A stretch of DNA of 62,824 bases, taken from the NCBI GenBank assembly GCA_036149055.1, contig JAYZQJ010000283.1, positions 1 to 62,824 of the forward strand, in the 5' to 3' direction. Every line of letters begins with the position of its first letter. Positions within the stretch are counted from its first letter, which is position 1. A model generated the notes under the pieces. It saw only the letters and a list, made by a program, of their open reading frames with translations, ran no database searches and was not told the origin of the DNA. Below, in pieces: positions 38,139 through 46,535 of the stretch. The translations under genes and the position numbers were made by a program. The DNA comes from Myxococcota bacterium. GTDB lineage: Bacteria > Myxococcota_A > Polyangia > Polyangiales > Sandaracinaceae.

Positions 38139-38662
38139 GCCCGGGCACCGAGCTCCCGCCGCTCCCGCCGCCGTGCGCGGCAACCGCCGAGGACGTGGCC
38201 ACGGTCGCGATGATGGTCGAGGTCCTCGACGTCGAGCTCGGCGTCCTCGAGGTCGGGGAGGGCATCCGCGCGCTGGGGGGCGACGCCGAGGGCGACTGCT
38301 ACGGCGCCTTCGTCGTCCGCCGCGACCGGCGGACCCTGCGGCGCTGGCTCTCCCGGACCGTGGCGCTCCGACGTTGCCCGCGGCCCCGCCCGACGACGAC
38401 TGCGACGGCGCCCCGCGCGACGCGGCGCGAGACGCGGTCGCAGCCCACCGCGACGGATCCGGGGGGCGGGGACGACGACAACGGCCCACCAGACGGGCCG
38501 CTCGAGGACCAGCGCCCGGCCGCGTGCCCGGTGTGCGGGTCCGGAGACCACTGGCGGCGCCCCCCGCGGAACGCGGGGCCGCTGCCCTACGAATGCCTGG
38601 CGTCGCTGTCGCGCGGGCTGGTGATGAGGCTCAGGGGGAGTGCTCGGAGGGACCACAGATGA
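38135..38662 (+). CDS. Hypothetical protein with a CPVC Zn-knuckle-like motif
   Basis: ATGA overlaps at both ends; CPVCGSGDHW. Confidence 0.6.
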   Translation: MSPGTELPPLPPPCAATAEDVATVAMMVEVLDVELGVLEVGEGIRALGGDAEGDCYGAFVVRRDRRTLRRWLSRTVALRRCPRPRPTTTATAPRATRRETRSQPTATDPGGGDDDNGPPDGPLEDQRPAACPVCGSGDHWRRPPRNAGPLPYECLASLSRGLVMRLRGSARRDHR

Positions 38663-39714
38663 CGACCGGCGGAGGCGCAGATGCGCCTGACGCGGACCGT
38701 GCCTCGGGGGAGGGGCGCGGAGACGAGTACTTCGGACGTGCGCCGGACTGGCTATTCGACCTGCTCACGCGGCCGAAGGCGGATCCGTGGAGGCTGACCC
38801 AGCTCGACGTCCTCCTGTGGATCCTGCTGAGCAGGTACGCGGGGCTGACGGGCGACGCCTACCCCAGCCATGCCCTGTTGGCGCGGCGACTCGGCTGCAC
38901 GGAGAGAGCGGTTCGGCGCTCGGCGGAGAAGCTCGTGAAGATGGGCCTGGTCGAGGTGCAACGTCGCGGTCACCGTGGAAGGTTCAACGTGTACAAGATG
39001 AGTAGGCCTCAGAGGACCCCAGGGTCCGGTGAGATCACGCCTGAGAGGACCCCAGGGTCCGGTGAGACCCCGCCTGAGAGGACCCCAGGGTCCGGTGAGA
39101 TCCCACCCGAGAGGACCCCAGGGTCCGGTGACACGCGTGTCACAGGACCCTGGGGTCCATCTGACAGGACCCCAGGGTCCTGGGGAAGGAGATCAGGAAG
39201 TTCGTTAAAAAGTAGTAGGACGCGCGAGACGCCCGAGACGGCGACGTCGGGGGGCTCCACCGGGCAAGAGAGCGAACCGACGACGACTACTCTCGATCAC
39301 TCTCGCCTCCGGGCCGACACCGCGTCGCTGCTCCGGCAGCACTGGAGCCGCGAGTGGGGGAGGCGCAGCGCTGGGCAGGCGACAGCCGCCCACCTCGCGG
39401 AGGTCGCGCAGCTCGCGTGGTGGTTCGATGAGCTCTCGCGCGAGCAGGCCAAGCCCGTGGCGGACCTCATCGAGGGCGCCGTCCGCGCCTTCTTCGAGGC
39501 GAAGCGGAAGTACCGGAGGCCGCCGGCGCGGTGGTTCTGCGAAGACCCTGGCCGGTGGCTCGAGGCGGAGGCTCTGGGCGAGGATGACACGCGCGCGCGG
39601 CTGCAGAAGGTCCTGGCCGAGATCGACGAAGCCGTGTGCGCCGATCCGGAGACGATCCACGAGCTCGAGCGGCAGCGCGACGCGCTGATCGAAGAGCTGC
39701 AGGGGGCCGCATGA
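38659..39714 (+). CDS. Replication initiator, N-terminal wHTH (lambda O-like organisation)
   Basis: AYPSHALLARRLGCTERAVRRSAEKLVKMGLV..NVY; internal iterons; directly upstream of dnaB. Confidence 0.82.
   Translation: MTTGGGADAPDADRASGEGRGDEYFGRAPDWLFDLLTRPKADPWRLTQLDVLLWILLSRYAGLTGDAYPSHALLARRLGCTERAVRRSAEKLVKMGLVEVQRRGHRGRFNVYKMSRPQRTPGSGEITPERTPGSGETPPERTPGSGEIPPERTPGSGDTRVTGPWGPSDRTPGSWGRRSGSSLKSSRTRETPETATSGGSTGQESEPTTTTLDHSRLRADTASLLRQHWSREWGRRSAGQATAAHLAEVAQLAWWFDELSREQAKPVADLIEGAVRAFFEAKRKYRRPPARWFCEDPGRWLEAEALGEDDTRARLQKVLAEIDEAVCADPETIHELERQRDALIEELQGAA
39014..39220. repeat. Iteron array / probable replication origin
   Basis: GGACCCCAGGGTCC at 39014, 39047, 39080, 39113 (33-bp period), inverted at 39145, direct at 39167; A-rich tract at 39195-39220. 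Confidence 0.85.
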
Positions 39715-41039
39715 CGGGCCGGGATCCTGAGCTGGCGCTGCTCGCCTGCGTCCTCCTCGAGCCGGCGGTCCTGGACGAGGTGGGCGACGTGGTCTCGCCT
39801 GCGGAGTTCGCCGTCCCGCTCCACGCCGCCGCCTTCGAGGCGATGCGCGCGCTTCGCGACCGTGGCGATCACGTGGACCTGGTGAGCCTGCGGGCGCACC
39901 TGCTGGCGATCGGCGCCGGAGACGGGCACGTGCTGGACCGACTCGTCCTCGCGGTGAGCGACCACATCCCGGACACCGCGGCGGCGGAGACCTACGCCCG
40001 GCTCGTCTCGGGGGCGGCGGCAGTGCGTGCGGTGACGCGCGAGGCCTCCGCGATCGTGGCTCGCTCCCGCGCTCCCCTCGCCGATGGCGGCGACGTGGAC
40101 GCCTTCCTGGACGCGGCCGAGGCAGGGATCCTCACCGCGACCGCGGGGCGCCGGTCCGACGCGCGGACCGTCGGGATGAGCGAGGCCCTCCACGAAGCCA
40201 CCCGGGCGCTCGTGGCCCGGGCGGAGTCGAAGGCCGAACTCGACGGCCTCAGCACAGGGATGGCGAACCTCGACCGGACCCTCGCCGGGCTGCGCGCGGG
40301 CGAGCTCGTGGTGCTTGCTGGACGCCCCGGGATGGGGAAGAGCGCGTTCGCGGGGCACATCGTGCGGACCGCGGCGGGAGACGGGCACACCTGCGCGGTC
40401 TACTCGCTCGAGATGGAGCATCGATCGTGGGCGGAGCGGTGGGCCTGCGCAGAGGGGGGCGTCGATGCCGGTGCGGTCCGCCGCGGGCGGTTGAGCCGCG
40501 ACCAGTGGGACAGGTGGTTGGACGCGAGCGCTCGCCTCGCCTCGCTACCGATCGTGGTCGATGACACGCCCTCTCTGTCGCTGCCGGCGCTGCGGTCGAA
40601 GGCCCGGCGCGTCCGCGCCCGCAACGGCCTGGGCCTGATCGTCGTGGACTATCTGCAGCTCATGACATCCGGCGAGGGCCACCGGGAGCGCAACGACGAG
40701 GTGGGGGCCGTGAGTCGCGGCTTGAAGGCCCTGGCGAAGGAACTCTCCGTCCCGGTGCTCGCGCTCGCCCAGCTGAACCGCGGCCTCGAAAGCCGAAAGG
40801 ACAAGCGCCCGAGCCTGTCTGACCTCCGCGAGAGTGGGCAGATCGAGCAAGACGCAGACGTGGTCATGTTCCTCTATCGACCCGGCATCTACGCGCCGGA
40901 GCTCGCGTCCCCCTCGGCGCTCGAGGTGATCATCGCCAAGCAGCGCGCGGGTCGTACCGGCACGGTGAAGGGCACATTCCACGGCGCGACCTACCGATTC
41001 GACGGGGCGCCCGATGAAGGGACGTACGACGATGCGTGA
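39711..41039 (+). CDS. dnaB: Replicative DNA helicase, element-encoded DnaB
   Basis: GRPGMGKS, YSLEM, VVDYLQLM, LAQLNR, DLRESGQIEQDAD, IAKQRAG. Confidence 0.93.
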   Translation: MTGRDPELALLACVLLEPAVLDEVGDVVSPAEFAVPLHAAAFEAMRALRDRGDHVDLVSLRAHLLAIGAGDGHVLDRLVLAVSDHIPDTAAAETYARLVSGAAAVRAVTREASAIVARSRAPLADGGDVDAFLDAAEAGILTATAGRRSDARTVGMSEALHEATRALVARAESKAELDGLSTGMANLDRTLAGLRAGELVVLAGRPGMGKSAFAGHIVRTAAGDGHTCAVYSLEMEHRSWAERWACAEGGVDAGAVRRGRLSRDQWDRWLDASARLASLPIVVDDTPSLSLPALRSKARRVRARNGLGLIVVDYLQLMTSGEGHRERNDEVGAVSRGLKALAKELSVPVLALAQLNRGLESRKDKRPSLSDLRESGQIEQDADVVMFLYRPGIYAPELASPSALEVIIAKQRAGRTGTVKGTFHGATYRFDGAPDEGTYDDA

Positions 41040-41856
41040 GGGCGATGGGTGTCAGGTGCGTCTCGGCTTCGGCGAGCTCGGCGAAGCCGTTGGCGAGCTC
41101 GCTCCGGGAAGCCTGGTCGTGGTCGGCGCGCGGCCCTCCACCGGCAAGAGCGCGCTGTGTCTGCGGATCGTGGCGACGGCCGCGCACGCTGGGACGCGCG
41201 CCGAGATCCTCTCGCTCTCGGATCCGCCGGAAACGTGGGCGACCCGGGAGCTGGCGCGCGCGTCGAACGCGAGCGCGACGAATCTCCGTCTCGGCGGCCC
41301 CCTCGGCGAGTCCGAGCTCAGCCGGATCGGCGCGGCGGCGAGCGGGGCGCACGACCTCTGGCGCGTGGCCGACTGCCGGAGCACCAGGGACCTCGCGACG
41401 ATCGTCGCCCACATGCGGCGCTCCGCGCTCCGCCACCGCCCCCGGGTGTTCGTCCTCGACTACATCCAGCTCGTCCGCGTGCGTGGCGCCCGGGAGCGGC
41501 GCCGCGAGCTCGAGCGCGCGGTGGCGACGCTCAAGAGCGCCGCGGCCGAGCTCGGCGCCGTGATGGTGATCGCGTCGCAGCTGCGACGACATGACGGCCA
41601 CCCCACGATCGAGGAAGCGGGCTCGATCGAGGCAGCGGCCGAGCTCGTCCTCCTGCTGCATCGGGTCCGAGACCCCGAGGCAGGGGACCGCGTCTACGCC
41701 GAGATCGCGAAGCACAATTCCGGCGCGGGCGGCCACGTGGGCGACGTGTACGAGCTCGGCTGGGATTCGCGGTCCGCGACGTTCCTCGGGGCGCGTCTGG
41801 TCGGCCCCTGGTGGAGGGTGCCGGGTGTTCAACGTCGGCCGAGGAGGGCGGGGTGA
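41032..41856 (+). CDS. Second, N-terminally truncated and degenerate DnaB-like protein
   Basis: GARPSTGKS, VLDYIQL, ASQLRR, GSIEAAAE; SLEM replaced by SLSD and KQR by KHN. Confidence 0.8.
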   Translation: MREGDGCQVRLGFGELGEAVGELAPGSLVVVGARPSTGKSALCLRIVATAAHAGTRAEILSLSDPPETWATRELARASNASATNLRLGGPLGESELSRIGAAASGAHDLWRVADCRSTRDLATIVAHMRRSALRHRPRVFVLDYIQLVRVRGARERRRELERAVATLKSAAAELGAVMVIASQLRRHDGHPTIEEAGSIEAAAELVLLLHRVRDPEAGDRVYAEIAKHNSGAGGHVGDVYELGWDSRSATFLGARLVGPWWRVPGVQRRPRRAG

Positions 41857-42548
41857 GCCACGCGAGGGGCGAGCGTCGCGACACCAGATGTAGCGGCCGT
41901 GGCCGATCGGCCACCGCTGAGCTGGGGGAGGGCGGCGGCGAGGCGCTCACCCTGCGGTGCTCGAGCGACGGGCGGCCGTGCGAGTTGCTCGCCGCCTCGT
42001 CGACGGAACCGCCGTGCTCGTTCTGCGGCCGCTGGCTCGCTTCGACGGCCGCAGAACTGACGGGGCTTCGCCTCGGACGGATCGAGCGAGAGATCCTGCT
42101 TGCGGCCTCGCCAGCTCGCGGGGTGCATTCCCCCATGCCGACGACCGCCGCCCGGTCGTCGGTGCGGCGAGCGGCGACCAAGCTCGAGCGCGCGGGCCTG
42201 GTGCACCTCCACCCGATCCGGGTCTGCCGGCCCGCTCGGCGGGTTGCGAGCCGGATCCGGAACCCCGAGGGAGGGAGCTTCCTGACGTTCACCGTCGACC
42301 AGCGCGCCCGGGTGTGGGAGCTCGGGGCGCGCCGCACGCTTCTCGGGGAGGGCGCTGTGGCCATCTACGGCGGAGAGCTCGCGGGCGGCGGGCGCATTCG
42401 ATGGGAGCGCCTCATCGAAGAAGCCCCGGGGCTGGGGGAGACGCCGGCGGAGCTGCGCTCCCGTCAGGCCCCGTCGGGCCCCCGCCCGCCCGGCCTTTGC
42501 GAGGCGTGGACGGAGTTCTCACGGCTGAGGACGGGGGCCGAAGAGTGA
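41853..42548 (+). CDS. Hypothetical protein with Cys cluster and possible winged helix
   Basis: GTGA coupling; CSFCG; SVRRAATKLERAGLV. Confidence 0.6.
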   Translation: MSHARGERRDTRCSGRGRSATAELGEGGGEALTLRCSSDGRPCELLAASSTEPPCSFCGRWLASTAAELTGLRLGRIEREILLAASPARGVHSPMPTTAARSSVRRAATKLERAGLVHLHPIRVCRPARRVASRIRNPEGGSFLTFTVDQRARVWELGARRTLLGEGAVAIYGGELAGGGRIRWERLIEEAPGLGETPAELRSRQAPSGPRPPGLCEAWTEFSRLRTGAEE

Positions 42549-42747
42549 GGCTCGCCCGTCCATCGGCGACCCTCCGGCGGGGGGGCACCACCGCTGCGTC
42601 TGCGCGTGAGCTGCGTGAGGCCGCCCCACACCCGCCTCGTGCCCGCTGCGCGGCCGCGGGCGGCCGTTGCACTCTGCGCGCGCGGCGAGTCTCTGAGGGG
42701 CCGTGGGGACCCGGCACGACGGCCTCGCGACGCCGTCTGAGCGGCGC

Positions 42748-42796
42748 GGGTCCTGTGGAGCACCCCCCCCGCACTGCGGTTTATTTTCACCACCGC
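42748..42796 (+). other. Candidate lambda-like cos site (cosQ plus dyad)
   Basis: GGGTCCT (42748-42754) then GCGGT-N11-ACCGC (42776-42796) in the element's largest intergenic gap. Confidence 0.45.
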
Positions 42797-42975
42797 TGGC
42801 CTCGCACAAACTCTGAGGTTCAGCCGGAGTTGAACCTCTTCGGACCGCTGGCACAGTGGCACACGTTATCTATGTGACTGGAATTGTTCGTAAAACTGCC
42901 AGTCGCTGCCCTGGCCCCGACCACCGAACACGTTCGGGTGATCAGGGGCGCGTCTGAACCGACCGGAGACCGACC

Positions 42976-43215
42976 ATGCCCCGACATCGCTCCTCGCTTC
43001 CGCCCCCCGAGGACCCGTCCGCCGAGCGACGATTCCGCGTCCTGTCGGCCCTGACCCGTGCGCTCGACGGCACGGACGGGATCCCGCGGACGGAGGCAAC
43101 CTCCGCCGCGCGCGCCGAGCTCCGGGAGGCGTACCGGCGGCTCACCCGTCCGGCGGATGGCCACCTGGATGAGCTCGAGGCCGCGCTCGAGCGCTACCGC
43201 GAGGCCGTCTCGTGA
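42976..43215 (+). CDS. Hypothetical helical protein
   Basis: GGAG RBS; coupled to the next ORF. Confidence 0.65.
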   Translation: MPRHRSSLPPPEDPSAERRFRVLSALTRALDGTDGIPRTEATSAARAELREAYRRLTRPADGHLDELEAALERYREAVS

Positions 43216-43706
43216 CGCCGATGGAGCTCGCAGAGGCCTCCGACGGCCTCGACGCTGGCGACCTGGTCGAGGCCGTCCGCGTGATGCTTCGGCGCCGGCG
43301 TCGAGGCCTCGGCGGCCCCTTCGAGCGTGCGGTGGTGCTCGCGATGATGGCCGCTCTCGACCTGCCGCTCTCGTCCGAGCTCGAGCGGCGCGCGGAGGGA
43401 CTCGGCGCGGTGAGCCGGGGCGTGCGGACGCGGGCCGGCTACGCGGACGCCGCGCCCGGTCTGCGCGAGATCGCCCGCGTCATCGAGGCCACACAGTCGT
43501 TGCCGTTGTCGGCCCGCGCGCTCGAGGTGCGGTGCTCGCTCGCGGAGATGGGGGCGAGTCTCGACCTCGACCACCTCGAGGCGCTGATCGGTGCTCGCCA
43601 AACCCTCCGGGCGAAGGTGGCGGCGATCGGAGTCGCTGCGCGTCTGCTACCCAGCGGTGACCCACGCCGCGCGCGCGACCACGTTCGGCGCGCTCTCGCT
43701 TCGTGA
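43212..43706 (+). CDS. Hypothetical helical protein
   Basis: GTGA coupling; GC3-biased. Confidence 0.6.
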   Translation: MTPMELAEASDGLDAGDLVEAVRVMLRRRRRGLGGPFERAVVLAMMAALDLPLSSELERRAEGLGAVSRGVRTRAGYADAAPGLREIARVIEATQSLPLSARALEVRCSLAEMGASLDLDHLEALIGARQTLRAKVAAIGVAARLLPSGDPRRARDHVRRALAS

Positions 43707-43767
43707 GGGTGAGGGTGGACAGTGAGACTCCACCTCACGGAACGTTCGAAGGCGCCATGCTGGCGCC

Positions 43768-43998
43768 ATGAGTTCTCGACGGGTCTCCGACACTCCGCTG
43801 TCCACACGAACGACGCGCCGTCTGGCTGTCGAAGCGGACTGCGACCCGCGGACCATCAGCCAGGTCATGCGCGGGGAGTCCGTCCGCGGTCCCGTGGCGG
43901 ACCGGATCCGAAAGGTGCTGGCCGCCAACGGCATCGAGCCGCCCCCCGTCACAACGCTCTACCGGCACCCGCCGGTGAACCTTCGCGGGGGGGAGTAG
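43768..43998 (+). CDS. Small HTH protein
   Basis: RRLAVEADCDPRTISQVMRGESVRGPVADRIRKVL. Confidence 0.7.
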   Translation: MSSRRVSDTPLSTRTTRRLAVEADCDPRTISQVMRGESVRGPVADRIRKVLAANGIEPPPVTTLYRHPPVNLRGGE

Positions 43999-44000
43999 CG

Positions 44001-44384
44001 GTGCCGATTCCGACCGCCGTGCTCCGCCGCCGCCTCGAGTACCGCGGCAAGGTGTGCGCACCGGACGGCGCGCACGCGTTCTGCGTCGTGCGAGACGTCT
44101 CGGACTTCGACGGGCTCCCGATCACCAGCGGTGTGACCTCCGATCCGGCCCTCGTCGCCCGGTTCGAGCAGTGGCGGGACGGGGTACAGCAGGTGGGGGG
44201 CGTCCTGATCCCGGTGCCGATCCTCTTTCTGACGATGGCGGGCCTCCCGAGCCATGGCCGCCGCGGCGAGGCGATGGTGCTGTCGGCTCGCGACGCGTCG
44301 ATCGACCTGATCCTCACGTACGAGGCCGAGGCCTCCTACCTCGCCTTCGTCGAAATGCTCAAGCGACGCCGCCTGGCGGCGTAG
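44001..44384 (+). CDS. Hypothetical protein
   Basis: GGGAG RBS before GTG 44001; C-terminal part of ORF 43722..44384. Confidence 0.6.
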   Translation: MPIPTAVLRRRLEYRGKVCAPDGAHAFCVVRDVSDFDGLPITSGVTSDPALVARFEQWRDGVQQVGGVLIPVPILFLTMAGLPSHGRRGEAMVLSARDASIDLILTYEAEASYLAFVEMLKRRRLAA

Positions 44385-44397
44385 GGACCAAACCCCA

Positions 44398-45051
44398 ATG
44401 GGACTCTTCACCTTCAAGATCAAGACGCCGGCGGCGTCGCTGGCCGACCTCGAGCACCAGCTCGACCAGGCGCGAGAGGCGCAGTCCGCCGCGGACACCC
44501 AGGTCAGCGACGCGGAGCGCGAGTTCGACGCCACCGGTGCGGCGAAGGCGCTGGGCGTTCTTCAGGCGGCGAGACTGACGGCCGCGGAGGCCGCGGAGCA
44601 CGTCGGGCGCGCCGAACGGCTGCTCTCGGCCGCCCGGGCCCGCGAGGAGGAGGCGCGACGCGAGGAGCTCCGCGCGGAAGCCGAGCGGCTCGACTCCGAG
44701 CTGACGCAGGAAGCGCTCGAGGAGGCCGCACGGCCCCTCGCGCGACGGGAGGCCGAGCTCGCCGTCGAGCTCGCGACGGTCCGTCAGCAGCGCGCAGCCC
44801 TCGCGGCCGACGTCGACGCGAAGTGCGAGCGCCGCAGTGCCATCGCGATCCAGCTCGACGAAGAGGGAGCCCACGGCGGCGTCTGGACCGACGAGCAGGG
44901 ACGAACGAGGACCGGGTCTCCGTTCGGCATCAAGCGCGGGAGCGTCGTTCTGCATCTGGACCGCGTCTGGAGCGAGCTCCAGCATCTCTCGAGGCAGTCG
45001 AAGACCGGCCAGCTCGTCCAGAGGATCATTGACTCGGGGACGGACCGGTGA
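44398..45051 (+). CDS. Long coiled-coil protein
   Basis: 217 aa; A/E/R/L-rich heptad-like sequence over most of its length. Confidence 0.75.
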   Translation: MGLFTFKIKTPAASLADLEHQLDQAREAQSAADTQVSDAEREFDATGAAKALGVLQAARLTAAEAAEHVGRAERLLSAARAREEEARREELRAEAERLDSELTQEALEEAARPLARREAELAVELATVRQQRAALAADVDAKCERRSAIAIQLDEEGAHGGVWTDEQGRTRTGSPFGIKRGSVVLHLDRVWSELQHLSRQSKTGQLVQRIIDSGTDR

Positions 45052-45106
45052 TGCGGCGTTCCCGCTCGACCAACGCGAAGGGGTCTGGGCCGGAGGCGTG
45101 CGACCG

Positions 45107-45517
45107 ATGAGCGTGAAGCAGCAGCACTCCGCAACCCTCGACGACCTCGACCCCGACCTCGCCGAGGTCACGGCCGCGATGAGGCGCGGGGAGATGACCG
45201 CCGAGGAGGCGCTCGAGGAGCTCGTCGCGCGCCGGTCCTCCGATCGCGGGCCCGCGGCGCTCGCCGCCCAGGTGGCCGACATCCTCGACGAACGCCGGGG
45301 GCACGCCCCGACCCCCGCGCGTGCCGAACGCGAGCCGACCGAGCCTCGGCCGCGGTCGGCGGGACCGACGCCGCCCCCCGCCGCGGCGGACCGCCCGATC
45401 ACGGCGGAAGAGGGGCTGCAGCTGCTCGAGGAGCTGCGCGCGTCCCGCACGCCGTCACCCGAGCAGCTCGCCTCACAGGTGGCCGACATCCTCGAACGTC
45501 GACGCCAGCACCGATGA
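45107..45517 (+). CDS. Protein with two copies of a helical motif joined by a Pro-rich linker
   Basis: TAEE..LA(A/S)QVADIL..RR twice; GGAGG RBS. Confidence 0.7.
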   Translation: MSVKQQHSATLDDLDPDLAEVTAAMRRGEMTAEEALEELVARRSSDRGPAALAAQVADILDERRGHAPTPARAEREPTEPRPRSAGPTPPPAAADRPITAEEGLQLLEELRASRTPSPEQLASQVADILERRRQHR

Positions 45518-45518
45518 C

Positions 45519-45658
45519 GCCCCCGCCCGGACTCTCCACCGGGCGAGGGCTGCGGCAAAGTCTCGCCGCCGCGCCGCCTCGGTTCGGGGCGCGCTCGAGC
45601 CGTCTCACCCCCCGAGGGCTCTTCAGTCCGGCTCTCGGGGGGTGCGGCGTTTCTTCTA
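45519..45658 (+). terminator. Multi-hairpin intergenic region ending in an intrinsic-terminator-like stem
   Basis: cacccccgagggc/gctctcggggggtg stem followed by TTTCTTCT; three further stems upstream. Confidence 0.55.
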
Positions 45659-45662
45659 ACCG

Positions 45663-46013
45663 ATGAACACGATCCCCGTCTCCGAGGCCGTCGAGCTCCT
45701 GCGCATCCAGCGCCCGAACGCGGCGCGGTGGCTCCGCCGGCATCTTCGCCGGCGCGAGGAGCAGACCGGCGCGCGGATCCTCGTGGACGTCTCGGCACCG
45801 GGCGCTCGCCGGCCGGCGTACGGCGTGGACATGGTCCGGCTGGCCGAGCAGTGCCCGGACCTCGTCCGCGAGGAGGCCGAGCTCGCTGAGGCCGTCCGGA
45901 CCGCCCTCGCGCCCGAGCGGCGGGCGCTCGCCAGGTTGGTCGAAGACCTGGGTGAGGTGCGGATGCAGCTCGCGATCCTCACCGAAGCAGTGCGCCAGCT
46001 TCGTCGTAGGTGA
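45663..46013 (+). CDS. Possible wHTH plus coiled-coil protein
   Basis: IPVSEAVELLRIQRPNAARWLRR N-terminus; Leu-heptad C-terminus. Confidence 0.65.
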   Translation: MNTIPVSEAVELLRIQRPNAARWLRRHLRRREEQTGARILVDVSAPGARRPAYGVDMVRLAEQCPDLVREEAELAEAVRTALAPERRALARLVEDLGEVRMQLAILTEAVRQLRRR

Positions 46014-46045
46014 AGCGCGGCGGACTGCGGCCCGGCGCGCGCACT

Positions 46046-46465
46046 TCAGTCGTGCGCGCGCATCACGGCTACCACCGTTTCAGCCAGGACCTGCAAAGGG
46101 GACTTGGTTGGAAGCGGTTCGCCGGGCGTCGGCGCGATCGCGGGATCGGCCTCGAGGCTGTATAGCCTCTTCTCCTTTCGCGAGAACAGCAGCTCGACCG
46201 CGACCGGTTTGCCCTCTTCAGGCCGGACATAGAGGCCCTCCTCGGCATCATAGGCTACCCTGACAGCTCTCCGCCGCTCGGTGCGGCCGACGCCGATGTG
46301 CAGAGCTCCGCCCTGCTCCTCGGCGTCGTAGCCCAGGAAGCGCGCCAGGGAGCCAAGCTGCCGCCTGAGGTCGTCGCACGCTGCGATCGCGTCGCTGTCC
46401 GCCCAGTCGAGCTTGACCTCGTCGCGAAAGACCTCAAGCGCGTGCCTTGCTCGCTCGTCATCCAT
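46046..46465 (-). CDS. Hypothetical cargo protein
   Basis: Globular-looking 139-aa ORF with lower GC3. Confidence 0.6.
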   Translation of the reverse strand: MDDERARHALEVFRDEVKLDWADSDAIAACDDLRRQLGSLARFLGYDAEEQGGALHIGVGRTERRRAVRVAYDAEEGLYVRPEEGKPVAVELLFSRKEKRLYSLEADPAIAPTPGEPLPTKSPLQVLAETVVAVMRAHD

Positions 46466-46535
46466 CGTTGCTCTTGCCCTTCGTCTTCCACCCTCTCTGC
46501 GAAAAGTGTACTGTGCAAGGCGCTGGGGGTGAAGG

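Noticed and set aside
39011..39180. 33-bp periodic repeats as a CRISPR array
   Set aside because: Variable parts are only ~10 nt and similar to each other, the array is in frame within a gene, one copy is inverted, and no cas genes are present; iterons fit better.
39174..39181. GGGTCCT as a second cosQ
   Set aside because: It arises from the last iteron and has no dyad at a suitable distance.
42545..42877. Coupled ORF after the wHTH-like gene
   Set aside because: Low-complexity translation and atypical codons, and it overlaps the cos-like tract; left uncalled.
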